From: Phaeosaccion multiseriatum
Lineage: Eukaryota; Protista; Ochrophyta, other classes
Direction of reading: 5' to 3'
Length of the DNA stretch: 64,000 nt
NCBI GenBank assembly: GCA_965112735.1
Contig: OZ218954.1
Span: 1,302,001 to 1,366,000 of the forward strand
Of the stretch, positions 32,517-45,022 are shown piece by piece. The stretch's first letter is position 1; each line of letters opens with the position of its first letter. Both the position numbers and the translations under genes were made by a program. The notes beneath the pieces are model-generated. The model was not told where the DNA came from and searched no databases. It worked only from the letters and a program-made list of their open reading frames with translations.

Positions 32517-33183
32517 GGAGGTTGCAATACAGCCTCCCTACCTGGTCCCTGGACCAACAGGATTCCAAGTCCTGCTGGAGCCTCACTGAGGAGTCTGCTG
32601 CCATCTTTTGAACGCCTTCCCACCATTCATATCCGACCCCCCCCTCTCTGGTACCAGCTGGGGCGACAAGTCGTACGGACGGGACAGGTACGCAGCGAGA
32701 CAAGTGCCGAGACAAGGCCTCTCAAGCCGCTGTAGAGCATTCACTTTGGTTACTCAATATGGTTATTATTTTTATATATATATATATACTTCGAAAAAGG
32801 ACTGAAGGAGAAGCGTCGGATGTGCGCCTTGCCTGTATCGAATCGTTCTTGAGTGTTGTGTGTGGCGAACCGCGGCGCACAAAAGACCGCCTTATACTCA
32901 GTAAGCAAAACAAACGCTTTCTCTCGGGCGGCTGTTGGTGTTGTTGCGCGGGAGAGAAAGCGTGTTGTTTTGCTTACTGCGTGTAAGGTGGTGCAGACGC
33001 AGAACATTGAGACGCAGCCAAGGGAGCCAGCGCTTCTCACACTCACTCGCAGTCACTCACAGCCACGCGAGTGAGAGAGAGAGGCGCCACCGAGAAGCTT
33101 TCTGCACTCACTCACATTCACTCCCAGTCACTCATAGATGAGCGACAGAGGCGCCAGTGAGTGGGAGGGAAAGGCCCACTCAC

Positions 33184-33296
33184 TCAGGCCTTCCCGCGAC
33201 TCGGGCGTGCTCGGTTCGCCCCCCCCAACAGCACGTGAAGCCAGGGGGCAGTGCGAGGCGCAAGGTGTTCCGCTGGCTCTACGTCTGCCTCCAGAT

Positions 33297-33331
<35 letters not shown>

Positions 33332-34122
33332 TTCTTCCTCCCAGCAGCGGGGGTGGGTGACGGGAGAGCAGCTCCCAGGGTCTCCTCCGCAGTCCTCTTT
33401 CTCGGTCCCTTCCTCTCCCCCCCTGCTGTTGCTGCCGCTGTTGGTGCTGCTTTTCTTGCCTTGGCAGATTTTGGTGCGGCTGGTAGCCCGCCCTCCTTCT
33501 CCCTGGCTGGTCTCTTTCGCCCTTCTCCACGTGCTGCCTCGGAAGAGGAGCTGAGCGACCGGCTCACGCCCCCTCCAGCCCCACTGGCCCTCTTGCGGCG
33601 TTGGTCATTGGTGGGTGGGCGTGTCTTGGCACCACCACGGTCGTCGACTGCGGGCTTTCGCTTCACCTGCTGCTGCTGCTGCTGCTGCTGCTGCTCACCG
33701 GCAGCGCCCGGGGCCAAGACGTTCCAGTGCGACTTACACATCTGCTCCTTAACGGAGAACTTCATGCACCCCTCCACACGGCACCTCTTGTGAGACACAT
33801 TGGCCCCATGGCTGATGCACACTCCTCCTCTCACGGCACCATTGGGGCAGCCATCCACACTGCAACGCTTCACGAAAATCTTGTGCGCGGAGCAAAATCG
33901 TTTAATGGCCTTTTTGGTGCACCCCTCTACGCTGCACTGCTTCGGACCGTTCGGGGCAGCTCCCCCTTCTCCCCCTCCTTTGACTGCCAGCTTCGAGGTC
34001 CCCTTGACGCTGCTTTGTTTCTTGACTGCCCCTTCTGCTGATCCTGCTTTCCTCTGCTGTATCGCGTGCAATTGGGAGAGCAGCTCCAGCTCCTCCTCCA
34101 ACTTCTTCCTCATCCGCACCAT
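33184..34122 (-). CDS. WRKY19-like Cys/His zinc-finger repeat protein (stramenopile type)
   Basis: Three C-x4-C...C-x2-H repeats: CSVEGC..FCSAH, CSVDGC..VCISHG, CRVEGC..MCKSH. Basic low-complexity tail. Confidence 0.8.
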
Positions 34123-34309
34123 CTTTGATCAGGCAGCAGGGGACAAGAGGAGGCGGGGGGGCAAAGTAATAAGCTGCCGTGGATTAAAAGGAGGAAGGAA
34201 GAGAGAAAAGGGAGAAATGTGGAAGCATACAGGTATGCAAACTATTATGTCAACAGAACCTTTGTCTCTTTTATCCTTTCTCTCCCTTGCTCTCTCTCTT
34301 CTCTGCACG

Positions 34310-37300
34310 ATGTCGGGCCTTATGTTGGGGGAAGAGCTATTGGAAGGGCGGCTGGTCCGGGCTCTTGAGCGAAAGAGCGGCCCGGAGCTGAGGTCCATCA
34401 TCCGTGAGTCGGAAGGCATTCCAGGTGAGCAATTTTTTTCCCTCCGGCGAGTCGAGGCTGGAGAAGATGAATCGTCGTAAGTGTGCTGTGACGGGCGTCC
34501 GTCCCTCCGCATTCTTTAAGGCCTCCGTGCTCTTTCACCCGTCCTTTGACCTCGGCACCTACCGTCCCTCGCTTTCACTTCTCCCTTGCTTGGCTGGCTT
34601 GCTTGCTTCTGATGGCTGGGCATGTTGGTCTTCGCATGTCTCCGTCGACTGGCCTCTGCTCGGCCATCTGAACCGCTGGGCTCTGCTCGGACCACGCGAC
34701 ACCGCAGGCGCCGCGGTGGCCAGGATAAGGAAGAAGGCCAAGAAGCACCTCGCCAAAATAGAGGAAGTTGAGGCGGCGGAGCGTCGGCAGAAGGCCAAGG
34801 AGAGAGCCATCCAGGAGAGAGGGGAGAGAGAGGCGGCAGCAGTACGTCAACGCGATGCAGAGGACCTGGCGCTGGCGAACACTTCGAGTGAGGCGGAGAA
34901 GAAGGTCCCGCATCCCCACAGCGCGGCGGCGGGGCCTGTGGGCAAGAAGAATAGCGCCAAGCACGCCGACCCTAACGCCAGCAAGGAGGTGAGTTCGTCC
35001 CTGCGTGTGTACTGCAAGTCGCTCTCTACTTGGGAAGCCTTTGTCGTCGTCACCTGAAGCTGCACATAGTGTACCTAGGGAGGGCCTTGGCTGCCCAGCA
35101 GCGGGTGTCGCTCGTGCGCGGGCGGGCGTTACGCCGGAGTGTGATCCTCGTTAGGAGCAGTCCTGCGTTATCGACCTCCAGTTGACCTGTTCCTCCTCTC
35201 CTCCTCCTCTCCTTCTGCTGACTGTCCGTTGCGGCAAATGCATTTTTTTTCTGTGTGGTTCATCGGGTGGGCCTGATTGATATAGTTTGTCGTACAAAGT
35301 AAGCCGTCGCACCTCAAGGGGAGGCCCTCGGGCAAGGTATTGCCCATCCAGCGAGATGTTGTCGGCTGGATTCTCGGACCGAGGGGACGTGAGCTCGCCA
35401 ACATCAAGGCAGCCACAGACACAGAGCTGTGGCTGGACCAGAGAGGCCCATGCACCAAGCCCTGCAAGCTCCACTTCTATGGGTCGGCACATGAGGTACG
35501 TACTCATACTCAACCTTTGAAGCAGTTGACGTCGGTCAGACTTTCTCTCGACTCGCCGAGGGCGTCGCTTGCTTGATGGTCGTGTCTGGCCTTGTGGTGG
35601 CTCGTAGGCTGGCAATGCAAGCATGTACATGGCGTTGGTGCTATGCTTGCTCCTGCTTGAGCGAGAACTTCATCGCCTTATCCGTGACGACATCCACACC
35701 TATATGTCTTGTCGCGTCTGCGCTTGAGGTGCTTGCCGCGGATCCCAGGGTGGGAATGAGAGCGCTTGCTTCCTGGGCTTCTCTCCCTCTCTTCCTCCCT
35801 CCCTCCCTCCCTCCCTCCCTCCCTCCCTCTCCCTTCGCTTCTCTCGCTCTTCTGACAAGTCCTTGAGTCGCTCGCAGCCTGCTGCGACCGAGTCACTCAC
35901 CACACCCACACTCACCTCCACACGCACACACACATACACACACAATACACATTATATATACATAACACCCACACACGAACATGCGTACAATCACCCTCCA
36001 CCCCAGGTCCGCCAAGCAGAGATGCTCATCGACGATAAGATCCGCAACGCCCCCGTCAATCTCGCGAGAGCCGCTGCTGCAGCAGCCCGCGGGGAAGGCT
36101 TCGAGCCCCTCTCCTTGACGCAGGCTGAGCCAAGCAGGCAGCTCAACCTCACAAGGAAGCAGACTGAGCAGTTCGTGCCGGCGGAGACGATGGAGGGGAC
36201 CGAACGGACTGAGCGATGTGAGCAGGCTGGACAGGTTGTGGAGGAGTGCGATGGAAGCCCCGTGGAGGAGAACAGCGGCTACGGTGACGACGGCCAGAGA
36301 GGGGCAAGGAGAGGAGGGCGCTGTGCGACGCCTGCTACGCCGTGTTCACCCTCCCACGGGGGTGGAGGGGGAGGGAAAGGGGGACGGGGAAGGAGGAAAG
36401 TTCGCTTCGCGACTCTGCCAGATGGAGGCACGGTGTGCTACATAAGGTGTCCGGAACACCTCATCGGTGGGTACAAGAAGGGGCGGACCCAAGCATGCTC
36501 GTTGTCCCTTTCCTTTCCTTTTGCTGTTGCTGTTGCTTTGCTTTGCTTTGCTTTGCTTTGCTTTGCTTTCGCATCCATTGCGTGGCTTTGCGCTTCTTTC
36601 TCTTTGTTTTGGTGCGAGAAAATGTATGTTCTGGCGGGGCTGATGTGTGTATTCGTCGCTCTCTCTGCTGATGAATCGGGCGGGGAGGTGACAGACTGGT
36701 GGCAAAAGGAAACCGAACCAAGCACATGCACATGCTCTGTTCCCACCCGTCCCCACCGTATCTGAAGCGACGATGCGTACTTCTCTCCTCGACGTCTTGT
36801 CCGGCCCTCTACGACCACCACCGCGCCCACACGCGCACGCACGCACTCCCGCACTCACGCACACACACAGGCTACCTGATCGGAGCCAGGGGTATGTACC
36901 AGAAGAAGATTGCGAAGCAGAGTGGAGGGGCGAACATCTGGACGATGCCACACGTGCCCAACCCGGCAGACGAGACGACCGTCGTTATCCGAGGGCCCAG
37001 CTGGGACGTTGTGGAGCGGGCGAAGGACTTGACGGTTGCGCATCTCACAAAGCGGACGGGTCCCGAGTACTTTGGGACGGGCGGCGGTGGTGCTACTGCT
37101 GCTACTGCTGCTACTGGCGGTAGTGGTGGTGGTGGTGGTGGTGGTGGTGGTGGTGGTGGTACGGCGGCGGGCCAACAGGAGGGCCCGGAGAGAGAGGGGA
37201 AGAAGCGGGGGCCAATCACAGCAGGCACAACCACCCCGCCTGAGGAGGAGGAGGAGGAGGGTAGGAGGAGCAGAGGAGGAGGCGAGGAGAGTGGAGGACG

Positions 37301-39261
37301 AGGGAGACAAGGTGGAGGTGAACGCGGTGGAGGAGGAGTATGGGGAGCCGCTGCCGGACTGAGTTGTCGTCAGCTGGAGGCGGAATTCGACCAACAACAG
37401 TACGACCCAGAAGATGAAGCGGAGTACCGCCCTCCAGACGATGAAGCCTCACTGAAAGAGGCAAGTCGAGTATCGGGTGTTGTGTGTCCTATCGGTGAAG
37501 GACGGGCCGAGTACGGCGCCCGTCGAGACGGTGTCTCTTTTATCATCTCCTCCTCTCCCTTTTGTTGTTTCTCTATCGGCCTCCCTCTTGCCCTTACTGT
37601 ATCCCTCTTCGCTCTCTAACATCCCCTCCCCGCTCCTGACCATCGCCCACCCCTGCTCTTTTATCTTCTCCTCTTCTCTCATGTCCTGTCCTCTCTACGT
37701 ACGTGCATGCCAGGAGTCGCCGCCACCGCAGCCGCACCAGCACCGACAGCACCCGCACCGGCAGCACCAGCACCGACAGCACCAGCAGCGGCAGTATCAG
37801 GATATGAAGGCATGGCCAAATGACTCAGACAGCCTCTTCGGCGGCGGAGACGGACTCTACAGATCTGGCCTCAGCGGTGTGCTGGAGTGCCGCGTGTGCT
37901 TCGATGACCTTGCGACCCAACCCGGGGGATCCCCTGGCCTTCACCGGGCCTTTGTAACGGCTCCGTGTGGTCACGTAGTGACTTGCCGCGACTGCGCTCA
38001 CGTCATTGTCGGCAAAGAGTGCCTCGCTTGCCACGCGTACGTCGCCTCCTGTCAGCCCTTACTACACATGCCAACCGCACCCGCTCCACCCGCCACACCC
38101 ACCACACCACCACCAGCGGCAGCAGCCGCCTCGGTAGCATCACCACCACCATCACCGTCGCCATCAGCTGGTGATACAGTGGCCCATGCTTCGTCTCCTC
38201 GGCGGGTTACTGCTGCTGGTGGTGGTGACTCGACGTCGCCCAAGTGGCCGAAGCTGGCGGCTTTGCTGCGAAGCATTAACTGCGAGGCGTGGGTCAGCAC
38301 GTTCGAGGTGCGTTGCTTATTCTTCTTCTTTCCTCGCTCGCCCATGGAGGGCTCCTATTACTCGTGTGAACCAGCTTCGCCACACTGCTGACTGCTCCAC
38401 GATGCGTCTCGTTCTTCCGCTCACTCCGTTACCTCACCACCCTCTCCCTCCTCTGCTCCTCCTTCTCCTCCTTCTCCTCCTCCTCCTCCTCCGCCGCCGC
38501 CGCTCCTTCTCCTGCCTCCCTCTCCGCAGGAGAATGGCGTCGAGGACTTTGAGATTGCCAAGGCCTTGACCGATGCCGACTTTGCCGAGCTCGGTATACG
38601 CAAAGGACCGAGAATGCGCATCATCAAAGCTCTCGAGGTGGGCAAGCAACACACCACTGTGGCGTGTGAGGAGGCAGGCAGGAGGGAAGCATAGGACTGA
38701 CGCAAACACAGTCACACAGTCAGCCCGTGCTGCTGCTGCGCTCTCACTTGCTTTGATGGTGTTGCGGTGCTTCCTTCCCTTCAAGCTACTTGCTGTCCCT
38801 CCCTCCTCTCTTCTCTAGGTCTTCCACTCTCTCTCGCTCCTCCTCCCCCGAGGGGGGGTCCTGCTGCCTTCCCCATCATCACGTTGTCGACTCGATTGCC
38901 CCCCCGACCCCCCCGCTCCCCTTCTCTTTGTCCCTTTCACGCACAGCCAGCCACTCCTTGCGATTCCCCCACCTATCCAACCCTTACCTAACCACCCACC
39001 TCACCATCTACTGCCCAAACTAAACAGGAGCGAGACACGAGCGGTGCTCTCCTGGATCAACCCCCCACCGACGAGCCGACGGGAGAGTGCATTTACTGCT
39101 ACGATGAGCTGGAGCCGGGAGGGGGATGGGTGGCGGAGCCTTGCGGTCACCTCCTGGCGTGTGAGAAATGTGCGCCGAGCGTGGTCAATAGGCCTTGCCC
39201 GACGTGTAGGAAGCATGTAGAGGAGTGTCAGCCGTTACAGCCGCAGCGGCAGTGGCATTAG
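34310..39261 (+). CDS. KH-KH-RING-SAM-RING protein (putative RNA-binding E3 ligase)
   Basis: KH1 VVGWILGPRG (~35360), KH2 LIG|YLIGARG (~36460/36875), RING1 CRVC..PCGHVVTCRDC..CLAC (~37890-38030), SAM LLRSINCEAWVSTFE|ENGV..LTDADFAELGIRKGPRMRII, RING2 CIYC..PCGHLLACEKC..CPTCR (~39088-39210). Stop TAG at 39259-39261. Confidence 0.8.
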
Positions 39262-39526
39262 CTAGCTAGGAGGAGCGTCAGCCGTTAGCTACAGCCGCAG
39301 CGGCAGTGGCACCTCCCTCTCTCCCTCCCTCCCTCCCTCGCTCCCTCCCTCCTTCCTTCGCTCCCGTTAGCTAATAGAGGATTAGTGCAGGCTTGTATGT
39401 ATTGTAATTTGCACAAGCACGGCGCGTGGGTTTGTGGGCTGCTGAGAAGTTCGTTACAGTACGTGGCTTTACCTACTTTCGTGCTAGCGACTCGCTCGCT
39501 CCTCGAGGCTGCACCCGGCGCGAGAG

Positions 39527-39640
39527 TCGGCCCCTGACATGGTTCTGAGGCACCCTGGTTCCTGGCCGGCGCCAGCCGGCCTGGTTATTTTTCCTGGTTC
39601 TGGGCTGGCCTTTCTCAGAACCAGCCATGTCAGGGGCCGA
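39527..39640. mobile_element. MITE, 114 bp, TCGGC...GCCGA termini, 6-bp TSD CGAGAG
   Basis: TIR TCGGCCCCTGACATGG(ctgg)TTCTGAG at both ends. CGAGAG at 39521-39526 and 39641-39646. Internal CCTGGTT repeats. Confidence 0.85.
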
Positions 39641-40125
39641 CGAGAGAGGAGTGAGCAAGTGAGTGCCAGGCTGTCGGATGCAACCCGTTTTTGCAGCGAA
39701 GACCAGCGTGTCTACTGGCTGGGGCGGATCAAGAGAGAGGGTGGTGGTGGTGGTGGTGGGGGGGGGGGGGTGCGAAGGGGAGAAGGGGCAATATCGAGGT
39801 GATCGACATCACCTTCATTAACTTCTTTTCCTCCCTTCCTTATATCAGCTTCAATTTTGTAATCACCAGACCGATGGAATGGGAGGGAGGGGCGGAGAGA
39901 GGGAGGAGGCGGGGGGGCACGAGCTTCTTTGTTTGGCGCAGTTCGCGTGGAGAAGGATCTCACAAAGAGCCGTGTCAAATGTCGATGTCGAAAATCAGTG
40001 AGCTGAAACTCAAACTGCACCATCGCCCCCCGAGAGGACGAGAAGATGCATCAATCAATTCCCTTTTCTCCCCAGTGCCCGCACGCAGTGTAAGAGAGAG
40101 TAGGTGGAGAGGATCTTAAGCAACA

Positions 40126-40705
40126 ATGATGGGCCGCCTGTTTGGAAAGAAGGTGAGCTTTTTTTTTCTCCTTCCCCCCACTCCCTCTCTCTCTTCCCCA
40201 TTTCCCCAAGCTCTTCTTTTGCTCCCCTCTGCCCCTTGCCTCGTCTTGTCTCCGTATGGTGCTTCGCAGCCCTTCCTTCGGCTCAAAAAATCATCTCATG
40301 ATATCTTCCCATCTATCCCTCCCGCCTCCTCGCTGCCTTCGTGCTTTCTCTGACCAATGTCGTGCAACACGAAGGTGGACCCAGCAGAGCAGGCAAAGGA
40401 ATGGAAGAGAAAAGTCCGGGGTGAAGTCAGAGGTCTGGATAGAAGTATCCAGAAATTAGAGAGGGAGGAAGGCAAGGTTGTCAAGGAAATTAAACAGCTC
40501 GCCAAGCAGGTGAGCCAAGAGCAGATGTTAGGACCTTTCCACAAAGCCTTGCAGCCAGCAGCAGCAGCGACAGGAGCGGCAGGAGCAGGCCAGTGGGGCC
40601 TTACTTTAACCACCTAACCCTACCTACACATATCTCTGCTCTCTTGCTCTTCTCTCTCTCTCTGTCTCTCTCTCTCTCTCTCTGTCTGTCTCTGTCTGTC
40701 TCTCT

Positions 40706-40775
<70 letters not shown>

Positions 40776-42034
40776 TACCCTGACTATCGTTAACGCCTAT
40801 CTTCTCTCCCTCACCACCCACCCCAAATGTCGAATTGGATGTATGTATGTATGTATGTATGTATGTATGTATGTATGTATGTATGTATATACGTGATGGA
40901 GAGCAGGGCGCCTCTCGAGCAGCAGCCGTCCGCATCCTTGCCAAGCAAGTGGTGCAGGTACGCAACACCAAGAACCGCCTGTACGAGGGCCGCGCGCACT
41001 TGAACAGCGTGTCCATGCAGATCCAGCAGCAGCTCAGCATGATTAAGGTGGGGTGCAATACTTGTGCGTTGGAGCCTTTGTAGGCGTCCGAGAAGGGCAC
41101 AGGGAAGGAGAGAGGGAAAGAAGAAAGAAGGCAGTTCCTACTTCCTGCCCCTTGTGTACTACCAATGGGGGAGGGCGCTTCAAAGCAAGCGAGACTTGAG
41201 TAACAGTATCCTCATCCAACCTATCATGTGGGACGAACCTTCGAGCCCTGCTGTGCGTCACCTTGCCCTCCCTTACCTTCCCTTCCGTTCCCTCCTGTCC
41301 TCTTCACTCCCCTCCTCTCCCCTCCCCTCCCTGTCCCTCTCCCTCCCTCAACAGGTGGCAGGCTGTATGCAGTCAAGCACTGAGATTATGGCTGCAGTGG
41401 GCAAGTTGGTGCAGATCCCTGAGGTTGCCGCCACCATGACCGACCTTGCAAGGGAGATGGAGAGGGCCGGACTTGTGGAAGAGATCGTCACGGACGGTCT
41501 CGAGACCCTGGATGTGAGTGTGTGTGTGTGCGTGTGTGGGTGTGTTTGGGAGTGCTTGGGTGTATATTGCTGTGCGTGTTTGTGCGCTTGAGCCTCCTCC
41601 TCCTTCTCCTCCTCCCCCTCCTCCTCCTTCTTCTTCTCCTCCTCCTCCTCCTCCTCCTCCTCCTCCTCCTCCCATGGTTGGTCGACTCTTGTTGTTGGCT
41701 TATGTCCACAGTCGGTCGACTCTTTTTGTTGTCCACTGTCGTTTCAAGGGTCAGGAGGGCGCCGCTCCGAATGAGTGTGTGTTGTGTGGTGCTGCCTGTT
41801 ATTCTCACTCCCCTCCCCCCCCATATCTCCGCACACCCGCAGCCCGACGGTATTGAGTCAGAGGTGGACGCACAAGTCGATCTAGTGGTTTCCGAGATTA
41901 CGGCAGGCTTACTCACGGGCGCGGTTGACGCACCCACGGCCATGCCGGCGCAGGAGGAGGCCGAGGCGGAGGAGGGGAAGCAGGAGGAGGAGGGGGCTAT
42001 GGATGAAATGAAGGCACGCTTAGCGAGCTTGTAG
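40126..42034 (+). CDS. VPS24: ESCRT-III subunit VPS24/CHMP3
   Basis: Five exons give MMGRLFGKK|VDPAEQAKEWKRKVRGEVRGLDRSI..|..AHLNSVSMQI..|..STEIM..EMERAGLVEE..|..MKARLASL (Snf7 family, C-terminal MIM-like tail). Confidence 0.93.
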
Positions 42035-42341
42035 AGGACCGCATTGCTTGTGGCAGAGCAGAGCTCGCAAAGTTGCACAGGGAAGGGAAAGGAGAGGCGA
42101 GAGGCGAAGCGCGGTTGTTAATCTCTCTCCCGTCTTGAGGGGGAGAAAGGAAGGGAAGGATATCTCTCTCCCGTCTTGAGGGGGTGTTGACGTGACGGGC
42201 TTCGTGTGTGTATACAACGACAGCCTCTTTCACCCTTGGGAAAGAGATGGAAGGTGGGAGGGAGGTGGGAGGGAGGAGGGAGGGAGGAGGGGGGGGGGGT
42301 AGGGGGGGCTGTGAGAGCTGGGCGAGAGAGCGTTTAAAGGC

Positions 42342-42402
42342 CATCGGATGGCATCGGATGGCATCGGATGGCATCGGATGGCATCGGATGGCATCGGATG
42401 GC
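42342..42402. repeat. 10-bp tandem repeat (CATCGGATGG)x6
   Basis: Directly visible. Confidence 0.9.
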
Positions 42403-43596
42403 GGACTGTCGCTTGTCGACTCTCTGTGCCCACAGCCTGGGTTCTTCGACACGTGGATGTGGGGTCTTTCTTTGGTCGGTGGGATGATGTCTCTCTCGTG
42501 CTCTGCCCTGCGGCCGACCCTCTCCTTGGCTTGTCTTGGGCTTTCTTCATGACGGCGCCTGTCTTCCTTCTTCCTCTGAGGCAGCGGCTTCCATCGCATC
42601 ACGTGACTGACCATTGCAGAGAGGAGGGAATGGAACACACACGCATATATTATTTGTTGTGATTGCTGCCCTTGGCCCTTCACTTGGCCCACACGATCGA
42701 CCTTCGAGAAGCGAGGCGATGGCACTGAATGGCGGAAGGAGAAGCAGAGCAGAGAAGAGCTCGGCGATGAACGACCTTTTCTCTTCAGCAGATGGAGAAG
42801 GAGGAGGAGAGGGAGAGGGATTGGACTCCTCTCCCGGAATGGGTTTGTTGCCCCCCCCCCCCCTTGGGCGGAATTGTGCATTCTTCGCCTTCCGTCTCCC
42901 TTGGGAGAGGCTCGGAAGGAGGACGTTGCTCGGCTCGGCTTGGCCTCATTCCTCTGAGCTTCTTGAAGCGATGAAGCGATACAGTCTTGTGTGTTTCTAT
43001 GGCGCAGGACCAGGAGAGGGGAAAGCTCTTTTGTGTGGGAAGCCGTTAAGGGCACGTGTCGTGTATGGGGGCAGCCACAGCCTACTGCTGTGCGCTGTCG
43101 TGTGGGCAGGAATGGGTGGCTGCCCTCGCCCCTGGTGATAGGTGCGTCCACGTGAAGAAGAAGCAAGTTATGATACTAACGGCAGGGAATGTACTACTAC
43201 GAAGGACGTAGTAGCTTTTAATCTTACAATACTTACTACTGTACTGTACTGCGCTGCAAAAAAACGAGTAGATGAAATCCAAACGGGGGGGAAAGCGCTC
43301 TTCACGACGCTCACTCACTTCACTTGTGCTTCTCTTGGTGCCGTTCGTTGCTCTCTCCGCACCTCTTGTTAGAGCCCCTCTTCTACGTCTGTATGTCTAT
43401 ATGCCTCTAAATGGTATGATACACACTACCTGCAACACGTCATTTACACCCTTCTCCCCTCCGCCGGTCTCCTCCACCCTCCTCCGCCCCCTTCTCTATG
43501 CATAGCTGCCCCTCCCACCATACACCCCCCATCAGTGCGCCTGTCTACTCTTGAAACTTTCATATACGCCCATCAACACGGCTACGGGGAGCTACA

Positions 43597-43797
43597 CTCC
43601 TCCTCCTCCTCCTCCTCCTCATCCTCCTCCTCCTCCTCCTCCTCCTCCTCCTCCTCCTCCTCCTCCTCCTCCTCCTCCTCCTCCTCCTCCTCCTCCTCCT
43701 CCTCCTCCTCCTCCTCCTCCTCCTCCTCCTCCTCCTCCTCCTCCTCCTCCTCCTCCTCCTCCTCCTCCTCCTCCTCCTCCTCCTCCTCCTCCTCCTC
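43597..43797. repeat. (CCT)n trinucleotide tract, ~200 bp
   Basis: Almost uninterrupted CCT repeats. Confidence 0.95.
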
Positions 43798-43823
43798 CCA
43801 TTGCCTTCTTACTTCAATTAAAA

Positions 43824-44986
43824 TTAGCTCGCCTCCTCCTCCCCCTCCTCCTCCCCCTCCTCCCCCCCCCCCTCTCCGACATCGTGGCTCACAAGCCACG
43901 ACTGCACCAGCGCGGAAAGGTTTCCGGTTGAAGTAGAGGCAAAGGCACTCCCATCATCACCACCATCATTGCCCCCTTCCCTTTCCTCCCTCCCCCCCCC
44001 CCCTCCTCCTTGTCCTTCTCCTCCGTTGTTTTTCGCCGTGGCCGCCACCGGACTCGCCGGGCTCCGAGTCGTGCCACGGTGGGCTTCTCCTGTATCACCA
44101 ACTGCTGTGGTATCACCGTCACCAACTCCAACCCCTCCTGCTGCCTCATATTGCACCACCCCAGAGCGCTTGTCCACCTTCTCAACCACCCCGGAGGAGG
44201 AGGACTCAGAGGGTCGGGAGGGATCCTCTGAATGCACTTGAGTGGACTCAGAGTGCAGAGTGAGGTCGGCAGGGGGCGGGGAAAGCATACCGTGCCGAAT
44301 ACCGTGCCGATGCATGGAGGGGTGGTCGGAGAAGGTAGGGCTCCGTGCCTCGTCATCCGCCAGGGCCCCGGTCAGCTCCTGTGGGAGATTGTATGGTAGT
44401 AAGTGAAAGTGACACTCACTCTCACTCACTCACTCACTCACTCACTCACTCACTCACTCACTCACTCACTCACTCACTCACTCACTCACTCACTCACTCA
44501 CTCACTCACTCACTCACTCACTCACTCACACTATCATGGTGCAAGCAAACAGCACTAGGAGTAGTCAAACGAAAGTTCGTAACAGCCGATCTACCGAGCA
44601 TGTTCGCTCTATAAATACTTTATATACTCACTCCCTCCTCATTCACTCCCTCACCTGCAGATTGGTCAGGCTTGGTGAATGGAAGCTACCCATGGATCCC
44701 AGTGACCCCATTGACGAAAGCCGCGCCATCACCGCCTCATCCAACGAGAGAGGACGTCTCCCGTCAGCCTCTCCATTCTCCTCCTGCTCCTGCTCCTGCT
44801 CCTCATCCTCCCCTCGTACCTCTTCTTCCTCCTCCTCCTCCTCCTCCTCCTCCTCCTCTTGCTGCTGCTGCCTCTTCTCCCGCTGATGCTGCTGTGCCTC
44901 CCCCGCCTCCTTCTTCTCGCCCTCCTCATCATCGCCCCCCTGCTCCTCCTCCTTTCCTCTCACGCGATCGACAGCCATGCCTCTCG

Positions 44987-45022
<36 letters not shown>

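Noticed and set aside
41997-43166. 389-aa minus-strand ORF and overlapping ORFs between VPS24 and the KIX-TAZ gene
   Set aside because: No recognisable domain; the ORF runs through simple repeats and is antisense to the VPS24 3' end.
43535-43936. Poly-S, poly-P, poly-E and poly-G ORFs
   Set aside because: These are translations of a (CCT)n tract. The same applies to the many HT, CV and THSL repeat ORFs in the track.
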